From a virus: a stretch of DNA of 64,000 nucleotides. Numbering within the stretch: position 1 is the stretch's first letter; each line of letters begins with the position of its first letter. Position numbers and translations under genes: made by a program. Positions 11,101 through 20,577 of the stretch are shown in pieces. The stretch is from the IMG/VR virus record IMGVR_UViG_3300042514_001283, positions 3,982 to 67,981 of that record; one strand, given 5' to 3'. The notes beneath the pieces are model-generated. The model was not told the DNA's origin, ran no database searches, and saw only the letters and a program-made list of their open reading frames with translations.

Positions 11101-12666
11101 GTTTAATGAAACATCTTGCATCCCACTAGTAGCAACTGGAGCATTTTCTGAATAAAATGTCTTTAATGGAATAAATTTGTCATATCCATATACATTTAAA
11201 ATGGACTCATAAAAGTCAAACTTAATTTGTGGCTTAAGAATATTAGCAATGAGACTTCCAGATCTAGTAGCAGTGTCAAAAACATTTAACTCTGTAAAAA
11301 CCCCATCGTGGTTTGAAAGATTAATTCCTCCAGTTGAGGCTACAAGTCCACCAACTGGTAAGCCAAAGTCTGTTGCCATGAGGTTTTTATTGATTTCATA
11401 ATCTAAAACGTAGTCTGTTATGTCAACTTTTAATCTTGGAGATATTTCAATTAATTCAAAAGGTTTGTTAGGAGCATACATTGTTTCTACAACAACTCTA
11501 ATTCCTTTAATAAAAACAAAGTCTCTATATATATCATTACTTCCAACACTAAAATAGTCTGGGTTTAATATTTTTTTAATTAATCCAACTCTTTTTGTAT
11601 CATCTTCTTCTAATAATGAAAATCCATATTCTACATTATAAGTTTTCCACTCTTCATCTTGTTGACTCCAAGAGTAGAGTGTTCCTGGCTGAGTAGTTGA
11701 GCTTCCAACTATATAAGAGTCTCCATCTTTAACTCCTAATCCTGAATTATAAACACTTGGATCTGGAAGTTGATCTATTGTATCGATGTATTGGTATAGA
11801 TGAAAGTTTGTTTTAAATTGCTCTGGTATTTTTACTCCATAGTAAACCTCTACATGACCATCCCATGGAACGATTCTTGAACCATCTCTTCTTATAGAGC
11901 TTTCGTTAAAACTTACTGCATCTATCCAGTTATTATCAATATTAAGATATTGAATCTTCCATCTTTTTGGAACTGATGACTTTGTAATATTTTGAAGTGG
12001 ATCTGTTACTAAACTATTATTAAATCTAGTTATTGTTGGAACTAAAGACTCTCCATTAACTCCGACTGCTGATGGATCTGCCAGATTAGTTTGCATTTTT
12101 ACAACTATTCTGTTTGTAGCAACCTGATTTTTATAAGTAATAAAAGGAACACAATCATTTATTTTATATGAAGGGTCTTCAGTAGTAAAAAATGTAGCAA
12201 CCTGACTTGATATACCAAACTCTTGTCCGTTTTCTTTTCTATAAGAATTCCAATATTTAAATTTATCAAATCTTGAACAAAAATAATATCTTGGTCTTCT
12301 TCCAGATCTAATGCTATCTACAAACTTTGTATTGTTTATATTTGATTCTCCAAAATAAAGAATCTTATTAATTCCTGACCTTGGTCTAAATGGTTTAATA
12401 CAGTCCTTTAAGGAGTAATAAAGTTCTCTACTTGTTTCTGCTGAGTAAAAAGTTAAAGGCTCATTTGGATCTTCTGTTTTATATTGAGAAATATAATTAG
12501 AATCTAAAGCATTGGTATAAACATCTGCGTTATCTTGAGAGTCATACTCTGGATATAAACTTCTATAAACAACGCTTGCACTATCTGGTCTAAATCTATA
12601 ATTTCCATAATTTTCAAGGTTTAATAAATCATTTTGATTCATTAATACTATTGGTTGTCTCAACAT
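8176..12666 (-). CDS. large minor tail (tail tip/hub) protein; 5' end probably frameshifted, likely original start 12694
   Basis: 1496-aa ORF two genes after the tape measure; see finding at 12629-12694. Confidence 0.8.
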   Translation of the reverse strand: MLRQPIVLMNQNDLLNLENYGNYRFRPDSASVVYRSLYPEYDSQDNADVYTNALDSNYISQYKTEDPNEPLTFYSAETSRELYYSLKDCIKPFRPRSGINKILYFGESNINNTKFVDSIRSGRRPRYYFCSRFDKFKYWNSYRKENGQEFGISSQVATFFTTEDPSYKINDCVPFITYKNQVATNRIVVKMQTNLADPSAVGVNGESLVPTITRFNNSLVTDPLQNITKSSVPKRWKIQYLNIDNNWIDAVSFNESSIRRDGSRIVPWDGHVEVYYGVKIPEQFKTNFHLYQYIDTIDQLPDPSVYNSGLGVKDGDSYIVGSSTTQPGTLYSWSQQDEEWKTYNVEYGFSLLEEDDTKRVGLIKKILNPDYFSVGSNDIYRDFVFIKGIRVVVETMYAPNKPFELIEISPRLKVDITDYVLDYEINKNLMATDFGLPVGGLVASTGGINLSNHDGVFTELNVFDTATRSGSLIANILKPQIKFDFYESILNVYGYDKFIPLKTFYSENAPVATSGMQDVSLNLRDAYFILESSKATSIFLQNSTLTKAVALLLDNIGFSNYVFKNINTANDPVIPFFFVEPDASVAEVLQRLAQATQTAMFFDEYNNFVIMPKEYLMPDVSVRDDNSAISERLTTLYGQKTDSIVPNIETISGFETKILNDGQINYTTRYIQREVSKLEQASLSLSERTYGYKSAILWELGDQQEARTINQPTANVGYALGAVPLGTSLGSAVPTVVNSQIVNNTIDVGESAFWLPRFQGYLFANGEIIRYDAQQYQVDSPSASATNGLVWITNNNEYQKYFSKLVFNGKMVLTGLLRIYTEPYYENASGANFDDLEENVKYKNGEVRSHGRGQFGTAITAHNAGLNSYWEDSNNRKSFRMDSKNIFSNVPTEFLTHDPVSNSVAATPLGNDTASQEKSSITSKIANFMKKSTRSEGFSSHSQQDVAGIQSSALIFNGPYPVPSLENTELSQTDSKDLISYVYKDLDTDYRHVGTRMRIIGKIKDDKTQSALNSIDLFTIGKNTPEGNITTLSGGAGGIGYMVDPNTNSGYYLEIASMTEDILKYYGSDKSESGVPFRLNENNELVATSGLIPDDQVLENIIFYKVERTPYSTQVAGKTNIAVPKKLWGHLVRILVDEGKFIGSDRLTSQEAAVYDISLDTDIKRNANGIYRIDFYIYLNNVLLGTVSDNNPLQMPSGGLKTCLFTRGSSKCMFENIFALKNIREEDVSLGEKVNNTISAESLRKYSLPSAIQNTYLSSISAETKPTVDFYFEEFGTIMRECAYFNIKYDQAYPALIAKIVPPFTVEKSYQVSGFLPGSYGAEFLIFNTTDKAIDLSESSSNRIMIQGITFTQNISNVLTVDDYFRELSNFSDPAITNNNLIVSPGRSEKIYDSIKNSRSTYGSKSFSIDSVYIQNEDSAKDIMKWILDKTIKPRKVFEIDTFATAHVQLGDIVKINFDLPEGVKLVDENKRFVVISAQYGRSSSNVKSQLRVMEV

Positions 12667-12693
12667 AATCTACTAAGCTATCATCTAAAAACA

Positions 12694-13281
12694 TTATACT
12701 TCCTCAAGAGAAATAGAAATATCCCAAAGGTCGTGGTTAGTTCCGCCTCTTTTAATAACATTATAGCTAAAGTCTGAAACAAATACTTCTAGGACATCTG
12801 AATACTTGCTAAGATTTTCGTAAGGGTTTGAATAAAAATTCTGGGGTTTGTCATAAGATAAAAACATATAAAAAGATCCAGGATTTGAGCTATACCAGTC
12901 TAGAAGTTCTGCACCACCTGCACCACCGTCTGCTGTATACTCTGTTAATGAAGAGTCTGTTGCAATTCCATTTTCGTTAAATTCCTGGTTTCCATCAAAT
13001 GATCTGGAAGGAATTAGGTTATAAGAAAAAGATACATTCATTTTATCTGCAATATGATAAGAACGCATATGACCATTTACCATTCTTTTTCTATTTTCAA
13101 GTCTATTAGTTTTAAAACTAATGTCACTTCTATTATGATCAGAAAGGATTACAAAGTCTTCTTTTTCTACTCCAAAAATTTGTGGAACACCGTCTAAAAT
13201 TCCATCAGAATTCTTAGAGAAAATAACTGCCTGTGGTCTTATCCACTTCTTTCTACCATTTAAATATGCACTACTAACCAT
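12694..13281 (-). CDS. distal tail protein-like
   Basis: Directly follows tape measure; ends in WDISISLEEV. Confidence 0.7.
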   Translation of the reverse strand: MVSSAYLNGRKKWIRPQAVIFSKNSDGILDGVPQIFGVEKEDFVILSDHNRSDISFKTNRLENRKRMVNGHMRSYHIADKMNVSFSYNLIPSRSFDGNQEFNENGIATDSSLTEYTADGGAGGAELLDWYSSNPGSFYMFLSYDKPQNFYSNPYENLSKYSDVLEVFVSDFSYNVIKRGGTNHDLWDISISLEEV

Positions 13282-16200
13282 TAGTATCTACTACTCCTTA
13301 AATTCCCTCTATTTTGTTGAGAAAGTTTTGCCATAACTACATTTGCAATATCATCTGGCGATGCATTTGTTCCAGATACGTTTACATTTACGTTATATGT
13401 ACTATTATACATTGGTGAGGAGGTTGAAACAACACTTGTGTTAGCTACTGGAATATTAGATGCGCCATTTGATGGTACAGAGTATGTTGGAGAACCTATT
13501 CCATCTAAGAAATTATTTTTTGGAATTCCTTGCACCCCACCCATTCCAGGGAATACTTGACTATTTAAAGATTCTAAGAATCCTCTGTTTTTATCCGCTA
13601 CTGGTTTTCTAACAACAAATTCTCCAGGAGTTAGTAAGGCTCTAACCTTGTCTGTCATACCTTTTCCAGGAACGGTGCTTCCATAATTCATTCTTATTGC
13701 TGGAGGGGCTTCTGTTGATCCTCTGTAAGCTATTCCACCATTTGCCATTTTTGCTATTGATCCACCATAATTTTTTAATTGTGGCATACCTATTGTTTTT
13801 GCAAAAGCGTTATAAGAAGCTTTGTAGTCTGCAAGTGCTGCTTGATCTTCTTTAGAAAGTGGATTCTTTTTAGTATTCGACTTAGTTAAATCTTGAATAG
13901 CTTGTTTCTGAGCCATTAAGAACATTCTTGTTTCTACTTTTTCACGTTCTTTTGCAACGTCTCGTTTTCTTTCTTCAAATCCTAGTAAAGTATCTTGTAC
14001 ACCTTGAAGGTCAATTCCCTTCTTATAAATTCTATCTTGAATTGTTTCTATTTCAGATTCAATGCCCTGTCTTGTCATTAATTTTCCATTTATAGAAACT
14101 GTTAATGCATCTAAATCTACTTGTCTTTGTTTTTCAAGTGCTGCTCTAGCATCTTCAATTTGATATTGTGCAGATTGTTGTTGCATGTCGCCAGCTATAC
14201 CTGCTGCTCCTGCAATGTCTCCAGAAGCAAGGGCAGAAGCTAAACTAATTCTAGACTTTTCTTGCTCATTAACTCTTGAATTTGATTCTGAAACTTTGTC
14301 TAACGCCTCTACCCTTAAGTCATAAGACTTATTGACAGCATCTTCTTTTTTAGAAAGTTCTTCTAGTCCCTTTTGTCTTAGGCTAACCTGTCTTTCTTCT
14401 AATTCAATTTCTCTATTTAATTGCTTAGCTCTTTCATTAAATCCTTCTGCTTCTTTATCAATAAGCATTTCTTGAAGTCTAAATCTTTCCATAAGCATTT
14501 TTAATAGATCTGCAAGTTTTTCTTTATCTTTTCCATCGCCAGTAGTTGAGCTACCAGGCTGCAATGATTTAAATGAATCGCTAATTGCACCTTTAAAATC
14601 TGCCATTGCTTTTTCATTATTTTTTTTATTAGCTGCTAAAGCAGCTTTATTCATAACTTCAGGGTCTCCACCAGTATACTGTTTAGCAGTTTTAATAACT
14701 TCCTGTGTCATTGTTATTTTAAAATTATAAACTAAATCTTTTTGAGTAACTGGATCAAGAGCCATAAATTGATTAACTTCATTTGCAGTTAATTCAAATC
14801 CAAGGGTTTTAAATAAAACTTCTTTTGTAAGTGGGCTAGGAAAGTTTTCTATTTTCTGAGCAATATCATATAATGCAGATAGTTCCTGCTCTCCTAATGA
14901 TTCAATTTGAACTCTCTTTGTTATATCTGGAATATTTTCAATAAAAGATATTTTATTTGCAACACGATCTAAAGCTGTTGTATCAGTTAAGTCTACTTCT
15001 CCAGAAGATACCATTTTTGACAAGGCTTGACCACCCTGAATGCTTATTTGTCCTGCAATCATTTTTCCAAATATCTGTCCTGAGTTTAAAATCTCTTCAG
15101 AGCCAAATCCATCTTGAATTCCACTAACAATCTGTGCTGCAAGAGTCTCATCCATACCTAAATCAATTATCTGTTGTTTAAATAGTTCTTTATTTTTAGA
15201 CAATGCTGCAAAAGCATTTTTCCCTAAATTGTCTTGATCTCCTTCAGTAGTCATATCTGTATATTGTTTTTCTGTAAGTCTTTCTCCAGTTTTTGGATCA
15301 TACCCAGTCTCTGTTGCAGTTTTTATATAAGAAAATCTTTCAGCTTTTTTAACTAAATCTTCGTTAGAACTGAATCCAAATGCTTTTGCATTTGCATTTG
15401 CAACATCTTGACTCATCTTTTTACTTGCATCACTAATTGCTAAAGTTTGTTTGTTATATTCTTCAAGAGTTATAGCTCCTTCTTGTACTGCAAGATTCAA
15501 TAACGACCTTGCCTCTGCTTCTTTTTGTAAAGCCTGTGCATTTATATTTGCAATTGCAGATACAGTTTGCTCTTGCTTGTAAGCATTTTCTCCACCAAAG
15601 AAGAACTTTTGTGCCTTTTGTAAAGGATTTAAATCATCGTACATTTGTTGTGCATCAGACATCAACTTTCTACTATCTATTTGTGGAGTGATCTCTGCAT
15701 TAATTCTTGCAGCATCAGTAAGCAAGTTTTCTCCATCTTTTCCAATTAAAGCAGTCATTTCTCCAACTATTCTAATTGAAATACCCTTATCATTTATTGC
15801 AGTTCCTAAATCACTTGCAACAGCTGCAGCCTCTTCTGGAGTAAGTACTCCAGCCATAATTGCAGAAGTTAATTGATTTCTTATTGCAGTTGCTGCATCT
15901 CCTCCAGACTTTTTAATGGTTTCAATATCTAGCAACATCTGCTTTGCAGCATCTGTTTTCATAAATTCACTAGAAGCTTGTTCTGCTTCTGGAGATATTT
16001 GAGACTTTAAAGCTGCTTCTACAGATGACTTTTTAGACAGAATTGCATTTGTTTCTCTTCCAAACGCTTCTCCTATTGCTTTTGTTTTTTCTGCAGATCC
16101 ATACATTGCATTTGTTAGCTCTATTGAAGCCTTTTTTGATTTTTCTACCGAATCCCCAAGAGACTTTAGAGCTAAACCTGCAGTAACAAGCCATCCTACT

Positions 16201-19200
16201 GGACCTGCAAATTTAGACATTAGTGGAATAGCCTTTCCAAGAGATGGTGCAAATTTTGCTAGACCCTTTGAGACTAATCCAGTATTAGAAGATGCCTCAG
16301 CTGTAATTAATCCAAATTTTGATACAGACTTTGTTAAAACTTTTGACGCAGCACTTGATGCAGCCATACCTGCTACCATTTGTGCAAGTTCATTATCTAC
16401 TCCAGCTTTAGAAGCACCTGACATTCCAGCAGAAAATCCTGCAAATCCTCCAATCATTGGAAGTGCTCCAGCAATTTTTCCAACTATTCCACCTTTTGAA
16501 TATCCCTTAACTTGACCACCATTCATCATTTCAAGAATTCCCTGATTTTGACTAGCTGCTTTCTTGTTTACAACAAACTCTCCAGGAGTGAGCATAGCTG
16601 GAACGGTATCAGCATTTCCACTGCCTGAAACTGATCCGCCATTTGCATATTTTTTAATTGCTCCACCTTTATTTTTATTTTGAATAACTTGTGCAACTCT
16701 TTCTGTAAATGGTGTCGGAGTTGTCGTATGTGCAAAAAGACTATTTTCTTTTCTAGACCCAGAAAGTCTTCCAATTATAACGCTAACTCCGTCTTTATTT
16801 GTTAAAACTATTCTTCCAGCAGATGTGCTTCCTCCTGATCGTTTAGAAAGTCCAGCAGCCATCCTTGTCTCATTAGTATTTGCCCCAATCTGCCTAGAGA
16901 AATCATTCCAAAATTCTTTAGCATTTTTATTAGCAGACAATTCTTTTTTAATAATATCGTCAGAAATTTCCCATAGGGGGTTATTTTTATCTCCAAGCAT
17001 TGGATTTTTTTCAATTTTGCTAAAATAAGTTGACTCCACTATGTCTGATATTCTTTTTGCTTCTCCCTTGGAAATTTGCCCAGAACTTTCTAATGCATTA
17101 AGAAATTGTCTAGTAGATGTAGAGTGTACTGCACCGCTTGCCATAGCCCCAGATCTCATTAAGTCTGATGGAAGTTTTCCTTGGGTAAGAAGACCATTCA
17201 ATCTTTCTCTAGATATCTTTCCATTAGAAACAAGATCTGGATATTTCTTTAACATAGCTGGATCAACTATATCTCCCACATAAACTCCAGCGGTTCCTTT
17301 AGCTTGATATCTAGTACCCTTTCCTTTAAAAAATGGATTAAGCTTCATCATTTGATCTGCATTAAGTCGCACCTTTGATAAGTCAGCTGCAACTCCCAAT
17401 TGAGACATGGTGCTTCTTGAGCTACTACCAGCCTTGCTTATACTTCCATATCTTGTTAATAGAGATACTAATTTAGGATCTTTAATATTTTTAATAAAAT
17501 CATCAATACTTCCCATACCACCTCTTCTTACTATGTCAAGAATTGATCTTGCTTGGGATACAAGTGCACCCCTGTTTAAATATTGAACTCCGCTAGCCAC
17601 CCCACCTTTATTAAGTCCTTGAGTTTTTCCATCATTGATTGATTCAAGTAATTCAAGATTATTTTTAGTAGCTTCCTTGTTTATAACAAACTCTCCAGGT
17701 GTTAGCATAGCTGGTACGGTATCTGTGTTACCAGATCCTGGAACTCCACCACCAGAATTTCTTCTTATACCTCTTACTCTAACTGTACTAGTTTTTCCTT
17801 GTTTTGCAGCAGCACCTGCAGCACCAGCAACTCCAAAAGCTGGCAAGTTTGATGCTGCAGTCTGAGTAGCAGCCATTGCGGAATATGCTCTTGTTAGATT
17901 TGCAATAGCGGTAGTAGCTGCATTTGCTGTTCCAACTTGTTTAAGAAGTGTAGTATTTAAAATTTGACTTGCTCCAGAAAGTTGTTGAGCAGCCATTGCT
18001 GCATCCATTTCAGCAAGACTTAAATATTTGGAACTTTGTGTAAGAGCTTTTACTGCTCCTACTGGACCACCTGTAATAAATCCTTTTCCAAATAAAGCCA
18101 TTCCCTGACCTATTTTTGCAAGAGTTCCAACAAGGTTTAAGAATAAACCAGCCATCATTGTGACTGCTGGAATAACCACACCGACAATCACCGCAGCAAT
18201 GGCAGCAAATCTTTTTTGACCATCTGATAGTCCATTAAAAGATTCTGCAATCTTTGTTGCAAAGTTAACTAGTGGAATTGCTAGTCTAACAAATATTTCT
18301 CCAATAGGAGCAATTGCTAATTTAAATCTTTCTACTGCCCCTGTTAATTGCACACCAAAAGATTCTTCAATTGCTTTTAATTCTTTGTCTGCAGTTGCAC
18401 CAAGCTGTTCTGTGCTATACCCCATTGTTGCAATTACCTGTTGAGCTTGGGATCCTTCTCTAGAAATATTTTCAAATAGTGCTCCAAGTTTTGCATATTG
18501 AAATTTTCCAAATACCTGTTCAAGTGCCTGTTGTCTTGAGAACTGATCAAGTCCCTGCAAAGCTTCTGCAAAAGATCTAACCGTACCCATAAGGTCTCCC
18601 TTATTTGCTTCAATAATAGATTGAAGATTTATGCCCATACTACCCAACATCTCATTTGCTTGTTTTGTTGGGTTAATCAGAGAGGCAAGACCAGACTTTA
18701 AAGCGTTAGCACCTTCAGCAGCATCTACACCACCTTCTTGCATTGCTGCAAGGAATACTGTAAGATCTTTTACGTCTCCACCAAGACCTTGAATAACTGG
18801 TGCAACACGAGGAATAGCAGTAGCAATATCTTGCAAGGAAACAACTGTTTGGTTTTCAACCATATTTAAAAAGTTGATAGTATCTCCAAGTTCTTTTCCT
18901 GATAATCTAAATGCAGATTGTAAAGAGATTGTTGTTTCAAGTGCTGCATTTTGATCCATTTGACCAAGTGTTGCAAGTCTTGTTGCCTGAGTTACTGCAT
19001 CAGTAAGTTCTGCATCTTGTCTACCAGCAGCAGCAGCTTGGGCAGCAAGACCAATAGTATCTTTTACTGCAACTCCATATTTTGTATATTCTGCTGCAAG
19101 ACCTTTTACTGCTTCTAGATTTTTATTTAATTCTGCTGGAGTTGTAAAAATATCTCCATATACCTTTTTAAATGCAACCGCTTGTTTTTCAAGTTCCATA

Positions 19201-19805
19201 AATGTTTTACCAGCCATCGCTCCAAATATTGTAAGAGGGACTGTGAAACCAACCATAAGCTGACGACCAGCCCATTGGACATTTTTACCAAAGTTAATTA
19301 GCTGGGTAGTACCCTGCTTAAACATGTTAGAAAGTATTTGAGTTTTTTGAGCAGCTACCGCTGCTTGTGAAGAAAATGCAGCAAGTGGTCTAACTGCTAA
19401 AGCATCTTGAAATCCATTTGCAGCACCAGAGGTTGCGATAAATTGTGTCTGAAGTCTCTTTGCTCTTTCTGCAGCAAGTGCCATAGTCTCTGCTGCAACG
19501 GCACTATTCTTATTAAACTTTGCACTAAAAAATTGCCCAAGGGAAGTTTTTCCTTTGGACAAAGTTTTATCTAATGTGGCAGCAGCAGTTTGAAGTCTTA
19601 TGGTTTCAGCAGTGAATAGTCCAGTCTTATTTATTGCACTTTGCAATTCTCTAGAGTATTCTGATGCAAAAGTGCCCTGTGCCTTATTACTCTTGTTAAG
19701 AGCTAAATTAAAAGCATTAATCTGGGTTTGCAAAGCTTGAAGTTGAGACGCAGCACCACCTGTATTAATCTCAATATCAATAATGCCTTTTGCAATTTCA
19801 GCCAT
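13281..19805 (-). CDS. tape measure protein
   Basis: 2174 aa; Ala/Gly-rich helical N-terminal core with hydrophobic segments; follows tail chaperones. Confidence 0.95.
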   Translation of the reverse strand: MAEIAKGIIDIEINTGGAASQLQALQTQINAFNLALNKSNKAQGTFASEYSRELQSAINKTGLFTAETIRLQTAAATLDKTLSKGKTSLGQFFSAKFNKNSAVAAETMALAAERAKRLQTQFIATSGAANGFQDALAVRPLAAFSSQAAVAAQKTQILSNMFKQGTTQLINFGKNVQWAGRQLMVGFTVPLTIFGAMAGKTFMELEKQAVAFKKVYGDIFTTPAELNKNLEAVKGLAAEYTKYGVAVKDTIGLAAQAAAAGRQDAELTDAVTQATRLATLGQMDQNAALETTISLQSAFRLSGKELGDTINFLNMVENQTVVSLQDIATAIPRVAPVIQGLGGDVKDLTVFLAAMQEGGVDAAEGANALKSGLASLINPTKQANEMLGSMGINLQSIIEANKGDLMGTVRSFAEALQGLDQFSRQQALEQVFGKFQYAKLGALFENISREGSQAQQVIATMGYSTEQLGATADKELKAIEESFGVQLTGAVERFKLAIAPIGEIFVRLAIPLVNFATKIAESFNGLSDGQKRFAAIAAVIVGVVIPAVTMMAGLFLNLVGTLAKIGQGMALFGKGFITGGPVGAVKALTQSSKYLSLAEMDAAMAAQQLSGASQILNTTLLKQVGTANAATTAIANLTRAYSAMAATQTAASNLPAFGVAGAAGAAAKQGKTSTVRVRGIRRNSGGGVPGSGNTDTVPAMLTPGEFVINKEATKNNLELLESINDGKTQGLNKGGVASGVQYLNRGALVSQARSILDIVRRGGMGSIDDFIKNIKDPKLVSLLTRYGSISKAGSSSRSTMSQLGVAADLSKVRLNADQMMKLNPFFKGKGTRYQAKGTAGVYVGDIVDPAMLKKYPDLVSNGKISRERLNGLLTQGKLPSDLMRSGAMASGAVHSTSTRQFLNALESSGQISKGEAKRISDIVESTYFSKIEKNPMLGDKNNPLWEISDDIIKKELSANKNAKEFWNDFSRQIGANTNETRMAAGLSKRSGGSTSAGRIVLTNKDGVSVIIGRLSGSRKENSLFAHTTTPTPFTERVAQVIQNKNKGGAIKKYANGGSVSGSGNADTVPAMLTPGEFVVNKKAASQNQGILEMMNGGQVKGYSKGGIVGKIAGALPMIGGFAGFSAGMSGASKAGVDNELAQMVAGMAASSAASKVLTKSVSKFGLITAEASSNTGLVSKGLAKFAPSLGKAIPLMSKFAGPVGWLVTAGLALKSLGDSVEKSKKASIELTNAMYGSAEKTKAIGEAFGRETNAILSKKSSVEAALKSQISPEAEQASSEFMKTDAAKQMLLDIETIKKSGGDAATAIRNQLTSAIMAGVLTPEEAAAVASDLGTAINDKGISIRIVGEMTALIGKDGENLLTDAARINAEITPQIDSRKLMSDAQQMYDDLNPLQKAQKFFFGGENAYKQEQTVSAIANINAQALQKEAEARSLLNLAVQEGAITLEEYNKQTLAISDASKKMSQDVANANAKAFGFSSNEDLVKKAERFSYIKTATETGYDPKTGERLTEKQYTDMTTEGDQDNLGKNAFAALSKNKELFKQQIIDLGMDETLAAQIVSGIQDGFGSEEILNSGQIFGKMIAGQISIQGGQALSKMVSSGEVDLTDTTALDRVANKISFIENIPDITKRVQIESLGEQELSALYDIAQKIENFPSPLTKEVLFKTLGFELTANEVNQFMALDPVTQKDLVYNFKITMTQEVIKTAKQYTGGDPEVMNKAALAANKKNNEKAMADFKGAISDSFKSLQPGSSTTGDGKDKEKLADLLKMLMERFRLQEMLIDKEAEGFNERAKQLNREIELEERQVSLRQKGLEELSKKEDAVNKSYDLRVEALDKVSESNSRVNEQEKSRISLASALASGDIAGAAGIAGDMQQQSAQYQIEDARAALEKQRQVDLDALTVSINGKLMTRQGIESEIETIQDRIYKKGIDLQGVQDTLLGFEERKRDVAKEREKVETRMFLMAQKQAIQDLTKSNTKKNPLSKEDQAALADYKASYNAFAKTIGMPQLKNYGGSIAKMANGGIAYRGSTEAPPAIRMNYGSTVPGKGMTDKVRALLTPGEFVVRKPVADKNRGFLESLNSQVFPGMGGVQGIPKNNFLDGIGSPTYSVPSNGASNIPVANTSVVSTSSPMYNSTYNVNVNVSGTNASPDDIANVVMAKLSQQNRGNLRSSRY

Positions 19806-20173
19806 TATGTAACCACCTCATATTCCAAGCCTTCTCCAATACCAAAACCAGCTTTTCTGGCTGCAGCACCTTGTAATGCAAGAATATCATTAGGATTTGA
19901 TGTAGCACCGTTGCTATAAACTCTAGCCTTCATCTCTTCCCATTTATTTTCAGACGAAGAAGAATCTATATTAACACCTTGTAATGCTGCTAAAAATTTC
20001 TTTTCTTCATAGTCTTGACTACTTTTAGCTTCTAGTATTGCTACTAGTTCAGGCATTGATATACTTTCTTCCATTTCAGAATAATTCTTCCAGAACCCCA
20101 GAAGAAATACTCTTGATTCTAACTCAGCAAGATCTAGTTCGTCCCAACTAGAGCCGCTGCCAGTGCGTTTGGG
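19805..20173 (-). CDS. tail assembly chaperone, -1 frame (gpT-like) portion
   Basis: -1 frame is open from the slippery site: KRTGSGSSWDELDLAELESRVFLLGFWKNYSEMEESIS..., extending ORF 19805..20074. Confidence 0.8.
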   Translation of the reverse strand, partial: PKRTGSGSSWDELDLAELESRVFLLGFWKNYSEMEESISMPELVAILEAKSSQDYEEKKFLAALQGVNIDSSSSENKWEEMKARVYSNGATSNPNDILALQGAAARKAGFGIGEGLEYEVVT

Positions 20174-20469
20174 TCATTCAACTTGATCCCTGCAGCCACT
20201 TCGATTACCTTATACACAGTTGGGAGATCCATGATTTCCTCTAACTGCTCCTTAGTTGCCAGCTCTGGGCTGTATTGCTTCATTGCAATAGTTGCACAGC
20301 TTAACAAAAGATCCATTGATTTGATATTATCTTCTGCAATTTTTGGATCACTAATCTTTTGAAACTCTTTCATAAAATCTCTCAATAAAGAAATTTTAAG
20401 GGGTTTCATAGAAATAGTAGAACCATCTAATAGTTCTACTTCTACAACTTCATATACGCTAGTTGCCAT
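20134..20469 (-). CDS. tail assembly chaperone (gpG-like)
   Basis: Between major tail and tape measure; GGAGG RBS; slippery heptamer near its 3' end. Confidence 0.85.
   Translation of the reverse strand: MATSVYEVVEVELLDGSTISMKPLKISLLRDFMKEFQKISDPKIAEDNIKSMDLLLSCATIAMKQYSPELATKEQLEEIMDLPTVYKVIEVAAGIKLNDPNALAAALVGTN
20167..20173 (-). other. programmed -1 frameshift site C-CCA-AAC
   Basis: X-XXY-YYZ heptamer in frame (GAC CCA AAC) with the -1 frame open downstream. Confidence 0.8.
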
Positions 20470-20526
20470 TTATTCCTCCTATAGAATATATTCAATTATA
20501 GCATAAAAGCCTTATTAAATAAACAA

Positions 20527-20552
20527 TGCCCACCCTTTTTAGGAGGTGGGCA
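20527..20552 (-). terminator. intrinsic terminator after major tail gene
   Basis: TGCCCACC/GGTGGGCA stem followed by TTGTTTATTT on the minus strand. Confidence 0.75.
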
Positions 20553-20577
20553 AAGTTTCTATATTTAATTTTATTGA

